A DNA stretch of 64,000 nucleotides from Planctomycetota bacterium (GCA_046290465.1 JBKAGP010000001.1:5184001-5248000); one strand, 5' to 3'. Counted from the first letter of the stretch, positions 19,210 to 28,885 are shown. Notes: generated by a model not told the origin, from the sequence alone. Translations and numbers: made by a program.

Positions 19210-20325
19210 ATGGCAAAGGTGGTTCTGATCGACGACGAGGCGCGCCTGCTGGCGACGCTGGCACGCTTCCTGGAGCGTCAGGGCTGCGACGTCGTGCAGG
19301 CCACCAGCTTCGCGCAGGCCGACGAGCACCTGCAGCCCGGACGGTTCGAGGTGCTGGTCACCGACATCGTCATGCCCGACTACGACGGCATCCGCGTGCT
19401 GCGCGAGGTCGTCGAGGAGCGCAAGTGCCAGGAGCCGGTCATCCTGATCACCGGCGAACCCAACCTCGAGACCGCCTCGCAGGCCGTGCGCAGCGGCGCC
19501 TTCGACTACATCCAGAAGCCGGTCACCAAGGACCGCCTGCTCGAGGTCGTCAACCGCGGTCTGCGCCACGTCAAGCTGCTGCGCGAACGCGACCAGGCCC
19601 AGCAGCGAGAGCTGCAGTTGCTGAAGAACCTGGCCGAGCTCGGCGAGTCCGCGTCGGTGCTGAGCCACGAGATCAAGACGCCGATCAACGGCCTGCGCCA
19701 CGCGCTGCGGGCGGTCGGCGACAAGCTCGGCGTCGAGGACGGGGTGCTGATCGAGGAGTTCGTCGGCAACCTCGGCCGCATCGAGCGCCTGCTCGGCGAG
19801 ACGCTGTCGTTCGCCAAGCCGCTGATCCCCAAGCTGCAGATCGTGCCGCTGCGCGAGGTCGTCGAGCGCGCGGTCTCCGAGAGCCGCGCCCACGAGGCCT
19901 TCGCCAACATGCAGGTCGACGTCGACGTCGACGAACGGCTGCGCGTCGAGGTCGACCCGCAGATCCTCGGTGAGGTGTTCGCCAACCTGATGCGCAACGC
20001 CGCCGACGCGTGCGGTGGCACCGGTTCGGTCTCGGTGTGCGCCAGGCGCTGCGAGGCGGGCCTCAGCATCGACGTCGTCGACGACGGGCCGGGGGTGCCC
20101 GACGCCATGCGCGACGAAATCTTCAAGCCGTTCCGCAGTTCCAAGGACAGCGGCAATGGCATCGGCCTCGCGTTCTCGAGAAAGGTCGTCGAGGCGCACG
20201 GTGGCGCCATCGATCTCGTCGGCAGCACCGAGGGTGCCTGCTTCCGGATCGAGTTGCCCGACAAGGCGGTGATCGAATCGGGTTCGGGAGCGGCACGTTC
20301 GCGGGCCCGATCCACGACGGAGTAA
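19210..20325 (+). CDS. Receiver-histidine kinase hybrid (REC-HisKA-HATPase)
   Basis: LIDDE, TDIVMP, QKP, then SHEIKTP, RNA, DDGPG, GNGIGL. Confidence 0.9.
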   Translation: MAKVVLIDDEARLLATLARFLERQGCDVVQATSFAQADEHLQPGRFEVLVTDIVMPDYDGIRVLREVVEERKCQEPVILITGEPNLETASQAVRSGAFDYIQKPVTKDRLLEVVNRGLRHVKLLRERDQAQQRELQLLKNLAELGESASVLSHEIKTPINGLRHALRAVGDKLGVEDGVLIEEFVGNLGRIERLLGETLSFAKPLIPKLQIVPLREVVERAVSESRAHEAFANMQVDVDVDERLRVEVDPQILGEVFANLMRNAADACGGTGSVSVCARRCEAGLSIDVVDDGPGVPDAMRDEIFKPFRSSKDSGNGIGLAFSRKVVEAHGGAIDLVGSTEGACFRIELPDKAVIESGSGAARSRARSTTE

Positions 20326-20327
20326 CC

Positions 20328-20993
20328 ATGGAAGAGACGAAGCAGATCAACATCGTCCTGATCGACGACCAGGCCATCGTCCGAGCAGCGTTCAAGTCGC
20401 TGCTCGAGAGCGTGGACCGGTTCCGTGTCGTCGGGGACGCGGGCGACGCGCGGTCGGGCATCGAGCTCGTCGGCGAGAAGCGGCCCGACGTCGTGATCCT
20501 CGACATCACCATGGCCGGCATGTCCGGCCTCGATGCGGTCGCGCCGATCAAGCGGGTGTCGCCCCGCACGCACGTGCTGATGGCGTCGCAGCACGAGGGC
20601 ATGAAGTTCGTGCAGCAGGCGCTGCAGGCGGGCGCCGACGGCTACCTGTCCAAGGACAGCGAGCCCGAAGAGCTCAGCCTGGCGATCGACTCGATCGTGC
20701 GCGGCGACTCCTACCTGTCGCCCAAGGTCGCCAACGGCTTCATGGCGCGCGCCGTGCGCGGCGAGGCGTCGCCGACCGACGAGGCTTCGGCGCTGGCGGT
20801 GCTGACGCCGCGGGAGCGCGAGGTGTTCCAGCTGCTCGCGCTGGGCAAGGCCAACAAGGAAGTGGCGGCGGTGCTCGACCTGTCGCTCGGCACCGTCAAG
20901 AAGCACCGCGAGAACCTGCAGCGCAAGCTCGACTGCCACTCGGCCGCGGAGCTCGCGCGGCTGGCGATCCGCGAAGGCCTGCTGGACGTCTGA
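20328..20993 (+). CDS. NarL/FixJ-family response regulator (REC + LuxR HTH)
   Basis: LIDDQ, LDITM, LTPREREV, NKEVA, TVKKHRENL. Confidence 0.93.
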   Translation: MEETKQINIVLIDDQAIVRAAFKSLLESVDRFRVVGDAGDARSGIELVGEKRPDVVILDITMAGMSGLDAVAPIKRVSPRTHVLMASQHEGMKFVQQALQAGADGYLSKDSEPEELSLAIDSIVRGDSYLSPKVANGFMARAVRGEASPTDEASALAVLTPREREVFQLLALGKANKEVAAVLDLSLGTVKKHRENLQRKLDCHSAAELARLAIREGLLDV

Positions 20994-21018
20994 TCGCGCC
21001 CTGTTGGGGTGTCGGACC

Positions 21019-21039
21019 TGGCCCTCGTGCGAGGGGCCA
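21019..21039. terminator. Hairpin between convergent genes
   Basis: TGGCCCTCG-TG-CGAGG(G)GCCA between the regulator stop and the USP stop. No U-tract. Confidence 0.4.
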
Positions 21040-21047
21040 CGCCGCCG

Positions 21048-21500
21048 CTACGACGGCGCGCGGACCGTCAGCACCGGGCACTTGGACAGGCGCACGACCT
21101 TCTCCGCAGTGCTGCCGAGCAGCGCGTGCGTCAGGCCGGTGTGGCCGTGCGTGCCCATCACGATCATGTCGGCGCTCTCCTCGCTCGCGCACTTCATCGT
21201 CGCCTCGTGCGCCTCGCCGTCGCGCAGCACGCAGCGCACCCGCAGCTTCGGCAGCGCCTTGACCGCTTCCGTGGCGCGCTCCTGCAGCGTCTCCTTGGCC
21301 TTCTCGTGCAGCTCTTCCTGGATGTGTTCGAGCGAGTGCGACATGCCGAAGCTGCGCAGCGGGTAGCTCATCTCCGGGATCACGTGCAGCAGCACGAGCT
21401 CGGCGTCGAACGAGTCGGCCATCGTGGCGGCGTAGTCGACCGCCTTGGACGAAGTGGGGGAGAAGTCGGTCGGGCAGATGATGCGGTCGAGCTTGATCAT
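21048..21500 (-). CDS. Universal stress protein
   Basis: ICPTDFS, IVMGTHG..GL...LLGSTAEKVVR...CPVLTV. Confidence 0.93.
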   Translation of the reverse strand: MIKLDRIICPTDFSPTSSKAVDYAATMADSFDAELVLLHVIPEMSYPLRSFGMSHSLEHIQEELHEKAKETLQERATEAVKALPKLRVRCVLRDGEAHEATMKCASEESADMIVMGTHGHTGLTHALLGSTAEKVVRLSKCPVLTVRAPS

Positions 21501-21619
21501 GGGGTCCTCGTTGGTTGCGACGCATCATCCAGCGAACGGCACGCCGTGTCCTCGCACAAGTACGCAGATCTGCGCAATGGCCTGTCGACAGTGCGCGCAT
21601 GCGGCGGTTGACTTCTGGC

Positions 21620-22474
21620 ATGGACCTCGAGCCCGAAGGCATCGTGCCGCCGGACACCGACCAGGGCGTCGGCGCGGATCCGGTCGTGCGCGACATCGAG
21701 CAGATGCTCGCCGACGGCAGGCTCGAACAGGCAGTTGCCGCGATCGACGCGGCGATCCGCGATGGCCACGGCATCGCATCGGACCTGACGTTCTTGCGCG
21801 GCGACGCCTACCTCGGCCTCGGCATGGCGCGCGAGGCGGAGGCGCAGTTCCGCGAGGTGCTGCGCTCGGACCCGGACTGTCCGTCGTCCCGCTGCTGGCT
21901 GGCGATGAGCCTGTTTCTGCAGTGGCGCTTCGACGAAGCGCAGGTCGCGATCGAGGCGGCGCGCGCGCTGCCCGACGCGCTGGCCGACGCCGACGTGATC
22001 GCCGGCTGCCTGCTCGAACGTCGCGGCGAGTTCGAAGCCGCGGAGGGGCTGTTCGAGCACGCGGCGACCGCGATGCCCGACAAGTACGTGGTGCCGACGC
22101 GCGTCAGCCGCAACGAGTTCGACAAGCAGGTGCAGCGGGCCGCGCGCGGCCTGCCGCGGCAGTTCCGCAAGAGCCTCGACCGGGTGCCGGTGGTCGTGCA
22201 GGACCTGCCAGAAGAAGAGCTGCTCGAGGGCGAGGATCGCGACGAGGTGTCGCCCGACATGCTCGGCCTGTTCGACGGCGTGCCGCTGCCGGAGACCGGC
22301 GACTACGACGGGGCCCTGCGGCCCAATCGCATCTACTTGTTCCAGCGCAACCTCGAGCGCATGTCGGCGACCCGCGAAGAGCTCGACGAGCAGATCCGGA
22401 TCACCCTCTACCACGAGTTGGGGCACTACCTCGGCTTCGAGGAGGAGGACATGGACGACCTCGGGCTCGCGTAG
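21620..22474 (+). CDS. TPR + zincin-like metallopeptidase domain protein
   Basis: N-terminal TPRs; C-terminal LGLFDG, IYLFQRN, HELGH (HEXXH), LG terminus. Confidence 0.82.
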   Translation: MDLEPEGIVPPDTDQGVGADPVVRDIEQMLADGRLEQAVAAIDAAIRDGHGIASDLTFLRGDAYLGLGMAREAEAQFREVLRSDPDCPSSRCWLAMSLFLQWRFDEAQVAIEAARALPDALADADVIAGCLLERRGEFEAAEGLFEHAATAMPDKYVVPTRVSRNEFDKQVQRAARGLPRQFRKSLDRVPVVVQDLPEEELLEGEDRDEVSPDMLGLFDGVPLPETGDYDGALRPNRIYLFQRNLERMSATREELDEQIRITLYHELGHYLGFEEEDMDDLGLA

Positions 22475-22554
22475 CACGGCGGGCGCGCACAGCCGGCCGG
22501 CACAGCGGACTCGCACAGCTGGCTCTCGTCGGGGCGCGCGCCCTCCGGCGGTCG

Positions 22555-23772
22555 TCAGCGCGCGTCCGCGCGCACGTTCTCGCCGAGGTGCGTCATCAGT
22601 TCGCGCACCTTGTCGTAGTCCTCGTGCCGCAGCCGGAACCACGTGTTGACCAGCCAGCCGCGGTCGAGGCCCTTCGTCGGCGTGCCCGCCTTCGGGATCG
22701 AGTGCTCGTAGATCGCGTCGCCGCAGTGCTGCAGCGCTGCCTCGAGGCCGCGGTGGCCTACGTAGCGGCCGTCCTTGCTCGGGCGGATCTGGATCGAGCC
22801 CGCGGCGAAGCGGCGCGACGGCGTCTTTTGGCCCGGCTTGCCGAAGATCGCCAGCGCCCACTCGCGGTAGACGTCGAACTCATTGGCGACGCGATACATG
22901 TCCCAGATCTTCTCGCCGGCCGGGCGTGCGCCGATCTCGCCGAACTTCAGCCCCTTCGGCCCGAAGAACCACTCCATGTGCGTCGCGCAGTTGCGTAGCT
23001 GCAGCGCGTCGACGATGCGCTGGTTCATCGCGCGCAGCTCCTGGTAGCCCTTCTCGTCGAGGCGGTTGGTCACCGCGATCTGCGGCGAGATCCACCGGTG
23101 CAGCGTCGCCTCGAGGCAGCCGGGGTAGTAGTGCGAGCCGAACTCGTGGCGCACCCCGTCGTCGTCGCACATCGTGTCGAAGAAGCCCTCGTGGCCCTCG
23201 ATGAACTCCTCCAGCGCGATGCGGCGCTTGGGCGACGGCTTGAGCTTCTTCAGGGCCTCTTCGAGCTGCTTCTGGTCGTCGCAGCGGTAGGTCGCCAGCG
23301 AGCCGAAGCCGTCGACCGGTTTGGCGACGATCGGGTAGCCGCAGCGCTCGGCGAACGCGACCGCTTCGGCGACCGACGTGACCGACTCCGACATCGCGCA
23401 CGGCACGTCGTGTTCGCGCAGGAACTCCTTCATCGCGACCTTGTCGCGGCACAGCTTCGCGGTCGCCAGCGACAGGCCCGGCACGCCGAAGTGTTCGCGC
23501 AGGGCCGCGGCGGGGTCGACCAGCGGCTCGTCGATGGTCTCGATGCGGTCGAAGCCCGGCTGCGCCAGTTCGGTCGCAGCCGCCTGCATCGCCTTGCCGT
23601 CGAGCACGTTCGGGCAGGCCCGGTAGTCGTCGAGCAGGTGCCGTGCCTGCGGCGTCAGCTGTTCGCGGCCGGTCGGGCCGATGCCCGAGACTCGCGCGCC
23701 GAGGTCCTTGAGGCCACGCAGGAAGCCGTGGTTGTAGACGTGCGTGTCGGGCGCGAGGAAGAGAACGTTCAT
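22555..23772 (-). CDS. ATP-grasp domain ligase
   Basis: CRDKVAMK, YPIVAKPVDGFGS, EEFIEG, THMEWF, GEIGARP. Confidence 0.85.
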   Translation of the reverse strand: MNVLFLAPDTHVYNHGFLRGLKDLGARVSGIGPTGREQLTPQARHLLDDYRACPNVLDGKAMQAAATELAQPGFDRIETIDEPLVDPAAALREHFGVPGLSLATAKLCRDKVAMKEFLREHDVPCAMSESVTSVAEAVAFAERCGYPIVAKPVDGFGSLATYRCDDQKQLEEALKKLKPSPKRRIALEEFIEGHEGFFDTMCDDDGVRHEFGSHYYPGCLEATLHRWISPQIAVTNRLDEKGYQELRAMNQRIVDALQLRNCATHMEWFFGPKGLKFGEIGARPAGEKIWDMYRVANEFDVYREWALAIFGKPGQKTPSRRFAAGSIQIRPSKDGRYVGHRGLEAALQHCGDAIYEHSIPKAGTPTKGLDRGWLVNTWFRLRHEDYDKVRELMTHLGENVRADAR

Positions 23773-23827
23773 GGCTGCACCCAAACGTAGCGCGGCGGCG
23801 CGCTCAGGGCATCAGCCGCTCAGGGCA

Positions 23828-24298
23828 TCAGCGCTGTGGCACGCGCGGTTGCGCCTTGCCGTCGAGCACGCGCAGCAGGTAGGTCATCGGGCCGTCGTTG
23901 ACCAGTTCGACCTCCATCGATGCGGCGAACCGTCCGGTTGCGACGGTCAGGCCCGCGTCGCGCAGCCGTGCTGCGACCCGTTCGTAGAGCGGGCGCGCCA
24001 GGTCGGGGTGCGCGGCGGCGGTGAAGTCTGGCCGGTTGCCGCGCTGCAGTTCGGCGGCGAGCGTGAACTGGCTGACCACCAGACAGCCGCCGCCGATGTC
24101 CGCCACCGACAGGTCGGTCGGCTTGTCCTTGGGGAAGATGCGCAGGTTCTGCACCTTGCGCGCCGTCTCCTCGGCGTCTCGGGGCGTGTCGCCCTCTTCG
24201 ACGCCGACGAACAGCAGCAGCCCGCGGTCGATCTCGCCGACGGTCTCGCCGGCGACGACGACGCGGGCGCGCTGGACTCGTTGCACGACCGTGATCAC
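23828..24298 (-). CDS. dtd: D-aminoacyl-tRNA deacylase
   Basis: VQRV, VSQFTL, NDGP motifs. Confidence 0.95.
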   Translation of the reverse strand: MITVVQRVQRARVVVAGETVGEIDRGLLLFVGVEEGDTPRDAEETARKVQNLRIFPKDKPTDLSVADIGGGCLVVSQFTLAAELQRGNRPDFTAAAHPDLARPLYERVAARLRDAGLTVATGRFAASMEVELVNDGPMTYLLRVLDGKAQPRVPQR

Positions 24299-24339
24299 GC
24301 CGGCAGGCTATCCGGCCCGCCGGCCTGTCGCGACGCGCG

Positions 24340-24798
24340 CTACTCGGCGCGCACGGTGATCTGCGCCGGCTTCGCCTCGGCCTGCTTGGGCACGGTGACC
24401 GTCAGCACGCCGTTCTTGTAGACCGCCTCGACGCCGTCGTCGGCGGCGTTCTTCGGCAGCTGGATCGCGCGCGAGAACTCGCCGTAGCGGTGCTCGACGC
24501 GGTGCCAGCGGCGCCCGTCGCTCGCCTCGTCGTCCGTCTTGCGGGCGTCCAGGCGGTTCGCCTTGACGGTCAGCGTGCGCTCGTGCAGCTGGACCTGGAT
24601 GTCGGCCTCGGCGACGCCCGGCAGCTCGAACGCCAGCTCGTAGCCGCCGTCGGTCTCGCTGATGTTGGTGCGCGGCATGTTGCCGCGCCGGGCCTCCTGG
24701 CCGTAGAAGTCGGCGAGCGAGTCGCCGAAGACGCGGCCGAACAGGTCGTCGAAGGAGCTACGGGTCTTGGGAAGGGAGCACTGGTTCTTGAGCATCAT
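24340..24798 (-). CDS. Small heat shock protein (Hsp20/alpha-crystallin)
   Basis: ELPGV, RVEHRYGEFSR, YKNGVLTVTVPK. Confidence 0.93.
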   Translation of the reverse strand: MMLKNQCSLPKTRSSFDDLFGRVFGDSLADFYGQEARRGNMPRTNISETDGGYELAFELPGVAEADIQVQLHERTLTVKANRLDARKTDDEASDGRRWHRVEHRYGEFSRAIQLPKNAADDGVEAVYKNGVLTVTVPKQAEAKPAQITVRAE

Positions 24799-24831
24799 GT
24801 TCTTGCCTCTCTCGTTTGGTGGGGGTCGAGA

Positions 24832-24847
24832 AGCAAGCGGTGTGCCA
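24832..24847 (-). promoter_or_regulatory. sigma54 -24/-12 promoter of hsp20
   Basis: Minus strand reads TGGCAC-ACCGC-TTGCT, an exact match to TGGCAC-N5-TTGCW, 33 bp upstream of the hsp20 ATG. Confidence 0.8.
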
Positions 24848-24955
24848 TGATGGCGAAGTAGTCGTAAATGGCGTTTCCAAAGATGGTTGATGGCGATAGC
24901 GAGCGCCGGCCATCGTCGCCTGAAGCGGTCAGTTTGGCAGTGGCTGCCAGAATGG

Positions 24956-26527
24956 CTACGCCGACGGGAACCGCTTCCACACCCGCTTGCGGTCGAGCCG
25001 CTCGACGGCGTCGGCAGCCACCGCGCGCGTGACCGTCGCCGCGACCGCGTGCACTGCCGAAAGCCCGCCGAGGGCCGCCGCCGTCCAGGCGCCGTCCGTG
25101 CTGTCGGCCGACGCCGCGTGCACCCAGCCGAGCAGCCGTTCACAGGCGACCTCGTGGTCGCAGACGACGCCGAGTCGCTGCTGCACGCGGGCGACCGCTC
25201 GCAGCGACTTGCGGTAGTCCATGCCCGGCAGGTCGGCGAACTGCTCGGCCAGGTAGCGCGTGCGCTTGGCGGTCAGGCGCAGCCGGTGCAGCGGTTCGGT
25301 GGGCAGCTCCGCGGGGATCGCCGCGACCTGCTTGCGCAGGTTCGCGACTTCGCGGGCCAGCAGGGCCGGCGCCGCCTGGGCCATCGGTTCGGCCGCGAGC
25401 GGCGCGCGCTCGTCGATCGCGGCGGCGTCGCGTTCGAACTGGTCGTTCGCCGTGAGTCGTTCCGGGCTGCGCAGCCAGGCCTGCATCTGCGCATGCGCGG
25501 CGGCGCGCTGTCGGTGCACCCAGTCGAGCGTGCGGCTGCCGGCCGGCTGCAGCTGCGGCGGCAGCGCCTCGAGTTCGGCGGGCAGCCGTTCGAGCATCAC
25601 GTCGAGGTCGCGCACCGTGCCGAGCCGTCGGCCGGTCTCACCGAGGTGGCAGAGCAGGCGGCTGGCGACCTCCTCCGGCCACAGGGCGCGGAACGCGCGG
25701 GCGAGGCTGCGCATGCGGCGGATCGTGACCCGCATCTGGTGCAGGTCCTCCGGATCGGAGCCCTCGCGCACACCGATCTCGTAGCGGCGCATCGTCGCGA
25801 GCCCGCCGCGCAGCTGTTCGACGACGGCCTGGCCGGCCGGCTGGTTGCCGCGTTCGCGCTTGGTTTGCTTCTTCGCCTGGCGATGCGGCGCCGCGTCGGG
25901 GTGTTCGATGCCGAGCAGGGCCGCCGCGTGGGTCGGCTTGTCGTCGGTCGCGAACTCGATCGGCAGCCGCTCGCGCAGCTCGTGGGCGATGCGTTCGTTG
26001 GTGGGGACGTCGTCGATCACCTCGAGTTCGACCTCCTGGAACGTCGCGCTGCGGCCGTTGGCCAGCGCCTCGACCGAGTCGATCGCCAGCTCGCAGAGGT
26101 CGGCGCCGCCCTCGGTCAGCACGCGGATCTCGCGCTGCACCTCGAGCCGCTGGCGCGGGCGCAGCGTGCGGTCGAGCACGAACGGCTGCACCACGTCGCG
26201 CAGTTCGTCCGGGAGTTCGGCGGCGCTGCGTGGCAGCTCCTCGCGGTGCCACGTCGCTTCGACCTCGCGTCGCACGTGCATAGTGCCCTCGAGCCTGCCG
26301 CGCGTCTTGCAGGTCAGCCGCCGCCCCTTGCGGCCCTCGCGCAGCCGCAGGCCGATGCTGTTGCGGTGCAGGGACCCGAACTCGTCGTCGAGGTAGGTGT
26401 CCGAGTGGTGCAGGCTCTCGCTCAGGCGGCAGGCGACGCCGAGCTCACGCAGCGCGGCGTCGACCGCGGCGACCTCGATGGCCTGGCGTGCGCGCAGCTT
26501 GAACTCGGACTCGGTGCTGTCGGCCAT
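24956..26527 (-). CDS. CYTH + CHAD domain protein
   Basis: ExExK-type ESEFK, DTYLD, LRLR, EVELE; CHAD motifs LHQMRV..RR, LGTVRDLDV, LHRLRL..KR.RY. Confidence 0.9.
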   Translation of the reverse strand: MADSTESEFKLRARQAIEVAAVDAALRELGVACRLSESLHHSDTYLDDEFGSLHRNSIGLRLREGRKGRRLTCKTRGRLEGTMHVRREVEATWHREELPRSAAELPDELRDVVQPFVLDRTLRPRQRLEVQREIRVLTEGGADLCELAIDSVEALANGRSATFQEVELEVIDDVPTNERIAHELRERLPIEFATDDKPTHAAALLGIEHPDAAPHRQAKKQTKRERGNQPAGQAVVEQLRGGLATMRRYEIGVREGSDPEDLHQMRVTIRRMRSLARAFRALWPEEVASRLLCHLGETGRRLGTVRDLDVMLERLPAELEALPPQLQPAGSRTLDWVHRQRAAAHAQMQAWLRSPERLTANDQFERDAAAIDERAPLAAEPMAQAAPALLAREVANLRKQVAAIPAELPTEPLHRLRLTAKRTRYLAEQFADLPGMDYRKSLRAVARVQQRLGVVCDHEVACERLLGWVHAASADSTDGAWTAAALGGLSAVHAVAATVTRAVAADAVERLDRKRVWKRFPSA

Positions 26528-26562
26528 GTTGCCCCTTCATCGGTGTCGTCGTCGGCGGTCGG

Positions 26563-28101
26563 TCACGGCAGGACCAGGGCCGGCTTGAGGCCGAAGAGCT
26601 GCGCGAACAGCGCGCCCTTGGCGGAGACGGCCTTGGCCTCGAGCGTCAGGCGGGTGATCTCGTCAGGGGCGACGACCGGCTGCAGCTCGAGCATGTCGTC
26701 GCCGATCGTAACCTCGACGCCGCGCACCACGCCGGCGTGCTGACGGTCGAGCGCGTCGGCGAGGCGGAGCAGCGCAGCGAGCCGCTCGATCATGCCGCGG
26801 TCGCGCCGGCGCAGCGCCATGTAGTCCTCGTGGTCCCGTGACGGCGCCGCCTTGCGGTGGTAGCGGGCCAGCATCGCGACCAGGTGCCGTTCGTAGCTGC
26901 CGAGGCCGACCAGGTCGGTCGACTCGATCAGGTACTGTGAGTGCTTGTGGTGGCCGTCGTTGTTGACGGCGACGCCGACGTCGTGCAGCAGCGCGGCGGC
27001 CTCGAGCAGCACGCGCGCGCGGTCGCCGAGGCCGTGCAGCTTGCTGGTCTGGTCGAACAGCTGGCGCGCCAGTTCGAGCACCGACTCGGCGTGCTGGGCC
27101 TCGTAGTGGAAGCGCTTGCCGAGCGCCCGGCACGAGCCGAGCACGACGTCGACGTGGTCCTCCGCCGCGAACTTCTCCTTGCGCCCGCGCACGACCTCGA
27201 CGAGCAGGCCGTCCTTGATGCCGGCGCGCGGCACCAGCACGTGCTCGGCGCCGGCGAGCTTGCCGAGGTGCACGTAGACGAGGCCGGCCGGCACGATCGT
27301 GTCAGCGCGGTCCTGGCGCAGGTCGTGCTTCTTGATCCGTTCTGCGACCTTCATGCCGGCGAGGTCGCGCACCTCGTCCTCGAGGTCCGCCAGCGTGCAT
27401 GCGTCGATGCCCTCCTTGCGGCGCGGGCCGACCCGTTGGCCGACCAGGTCGGCGAGGCTGTCGATGTTGCCGCCGACGGCGACGTAGCGGTCGATGCGGC
27501 CGCCGTCGAAGCTCTCGGCGATGCGGTGCTCGAGCGTCTTGAGGTGCTTCTGCATCAGGTCGACGAACGCCTCCTCGTCGGCCTCCTTGAACTGTGCGAG
27601 CATGCGCAGCGCGCCGAGGCGGTAGGAGTTGGCGTTGGCGACGTCGCCGTCCTCGACCACGACCACCTCGACCGAGCCGCCGCCGACGTCGATCAGCACC
27701 GAGCGTCCCTGTCGCAGGTCGACCCTGGTCTCGATGCCGAGTTTGAGCAGGTAGGCCTCCTGCGTGCCGGAGATCACGTCGATCTCAAAGCCCGAGGCCT
27801 CGCGCACGCGGTCGACCAGCAGGTCGCGGTTGCGCGCGTTGCGCATCGCCGACGTCGCGATCGCGCGGTGCATCTGGACGTCGTGACGTTCGCAGCTGCT
27901 GCGGAAGCGGCGGAAGGCGTCGACGGTGTCGGCCATCGCCGACTCCGGCAGGGTGCCGGTCTGGAACACGGCGCGGCCGAGGCGGACGGGCAGGCGGTGG
28001 GACTCGACGATGCGGTGCTCGTTGCCGCTGGCCTCGGCGATCATGAAGCGGATCGCGTTGGAGCCCATGTCGACGATGCCGATGCGCGCGTGTTCGACCA
28101 T
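26563..28101 (-). CDS. ppx: Ppx/GppA family exopolyphosphatase with C-terminal HD domain
   Basis: VDMGSNAIR, ATSAMRNA, DVGGGSVE, LLHDVG, HHKHS, LRLADALD. Confidence 0.9.
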   Translation of the reverse strand: MVEHARIGIVDMGSNAIRFMIAEASGNEHRIVESHRLPVRLGRAVFQTGTLPESAMADTVDAFRRFRSSCERHDVQMHRAIATSAMRNARNRDLLVDRVREASGFEIDVISGTQEAYLLKLGIETRVDLRQGRSVLIDVGGGSVEVVVVEDGDVANANSYRLGALRMLAQFKEADEEAFVDLMQKHLKTLEHRIAESFDGGRIDRYVAVGGNIDSLADLVGQRVGPRRKEGIDACTLADLEDEVRDLAGMKVAERIKKHDLRQDRADTIVPAGLVYVHLGKLAGAEHVLVPRAGIKDGLLVEVVRGRKEKFAAEDHVDVVLGSCRALGKRFHYEAQHAESVLELARQLFDQTSKLHGLGDRARVLLEAAALLHDVGVAVNNDGHHKHSQYLIESTDLVGLGSYERHLVAMLARYHRKAAPSRDHEDYMALRRRDRGMIERLAALLRLADALDRQHAGVVRGVEVTIGDDMLELQPVVAPDEITRLTLEAKAVSAKGALFAQLFGLKPALVLP

Positions 28102-28207
28102 GCGGCTCCCGACACTAGCCCACCCGAGGCCCGCGCGCGATCGGCGAATCGGCGAGCCAGGAGGGCGGTCGGTGCGCGGCGGGGCCCGCTTCGCTATCGT
28201 CGGGGCC

Positions 28208-28885
28208 ATGAACTCCAGGCCGTCGGACGAAACGGACCAGCCCCAGAGCCGCTCGGGCGCAACGCCGAACGGCAAGCCCGACGAAGAGCTGTCGAGCACG
28301 CTGCAGCACGTGCAGAACGTGCAGGGCGAGGACGGCGAGGTCTCTTGGTCGAACCTGCACGACAAGATCGTCAAGTGGGTGGGCGAGGCGACCTACGGCC
28401 AGAACCTGCCGACCGACAAGAGCCGCGACGACCTGCAGCAGGAGGTGCTGATGCAGGTGTTCCGCGACATCGGCGAGTTCCAGGTCGAGCCCGGCGCGTC
28501 GTTCAGCGGCTGGGTGCGGATGATCGCGGACCGCAAGCTGAAGGACTACTGGCGGCGGACCCGTGCGAAGAAGCGCGGTGGCGGCAAGGTCAAGCACCTC
28601 GGCGATTTCGACGAGACCGGCGGGCGCGAGCGCTTCGCCGACGAGAAGGTCGAGCGGCAGAGCATGCTGGTGCGCTTCCAGGAGCTGCGCTGTGCGCTCG
28701 ACGCGGCGCTCGACAAGCTCAGCGACAAGCACAAGCGCGTGATCGAGATGCGCATGTTCCAGGGCAAGAGCTTCGCTGAGATCATGCCCGAGCTCGGCTA
28801 CACCAAGGAAGTGACCGTGCGTTCGCTGCACATGCGCGCGCTGCAGCGGCTGCAGGAGCTGATGTCGGAGTTCGGCCAGCCGTGA
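28208..28885 (+). CDS. ECF RNA polymerase sigma-70 factor
   Basis: Region 2 DDLQQEV..FSGWVRMIA...DYWR and region 4 L.KLSDKHKRVI...SFAEI...TVRSLHMRALQRL. Confidence 0.85.
   Translation: MNSRPSDETDQPQSRSGATPNGKPDEELSSTLQHVQNVQGEDGEVSWSNLHDKIVKWVGEATYGQNLPTDKSRDDLQQEVLMQVFRDIGEFQVEPGASFSGWVRMIADRKLKDYWRRTRAKKRGGGKVKHLGDFDETGGRERFADEKVERQSMLVRFQELRCALDAALDKLSDKHKRVIEMRMFQGKSFAEIMPELGYTKEVTVRSLHMRALQRLQELMSEFGQP

Noticed and set aside
10380..21620. FNR/FixK box (TTGAT-N4-ATCAA) at cco, sensor or usp promoters
   Set aside because: No convincing match in the intergenic regions. The short dyads at 21563-21590 are too weak to call.
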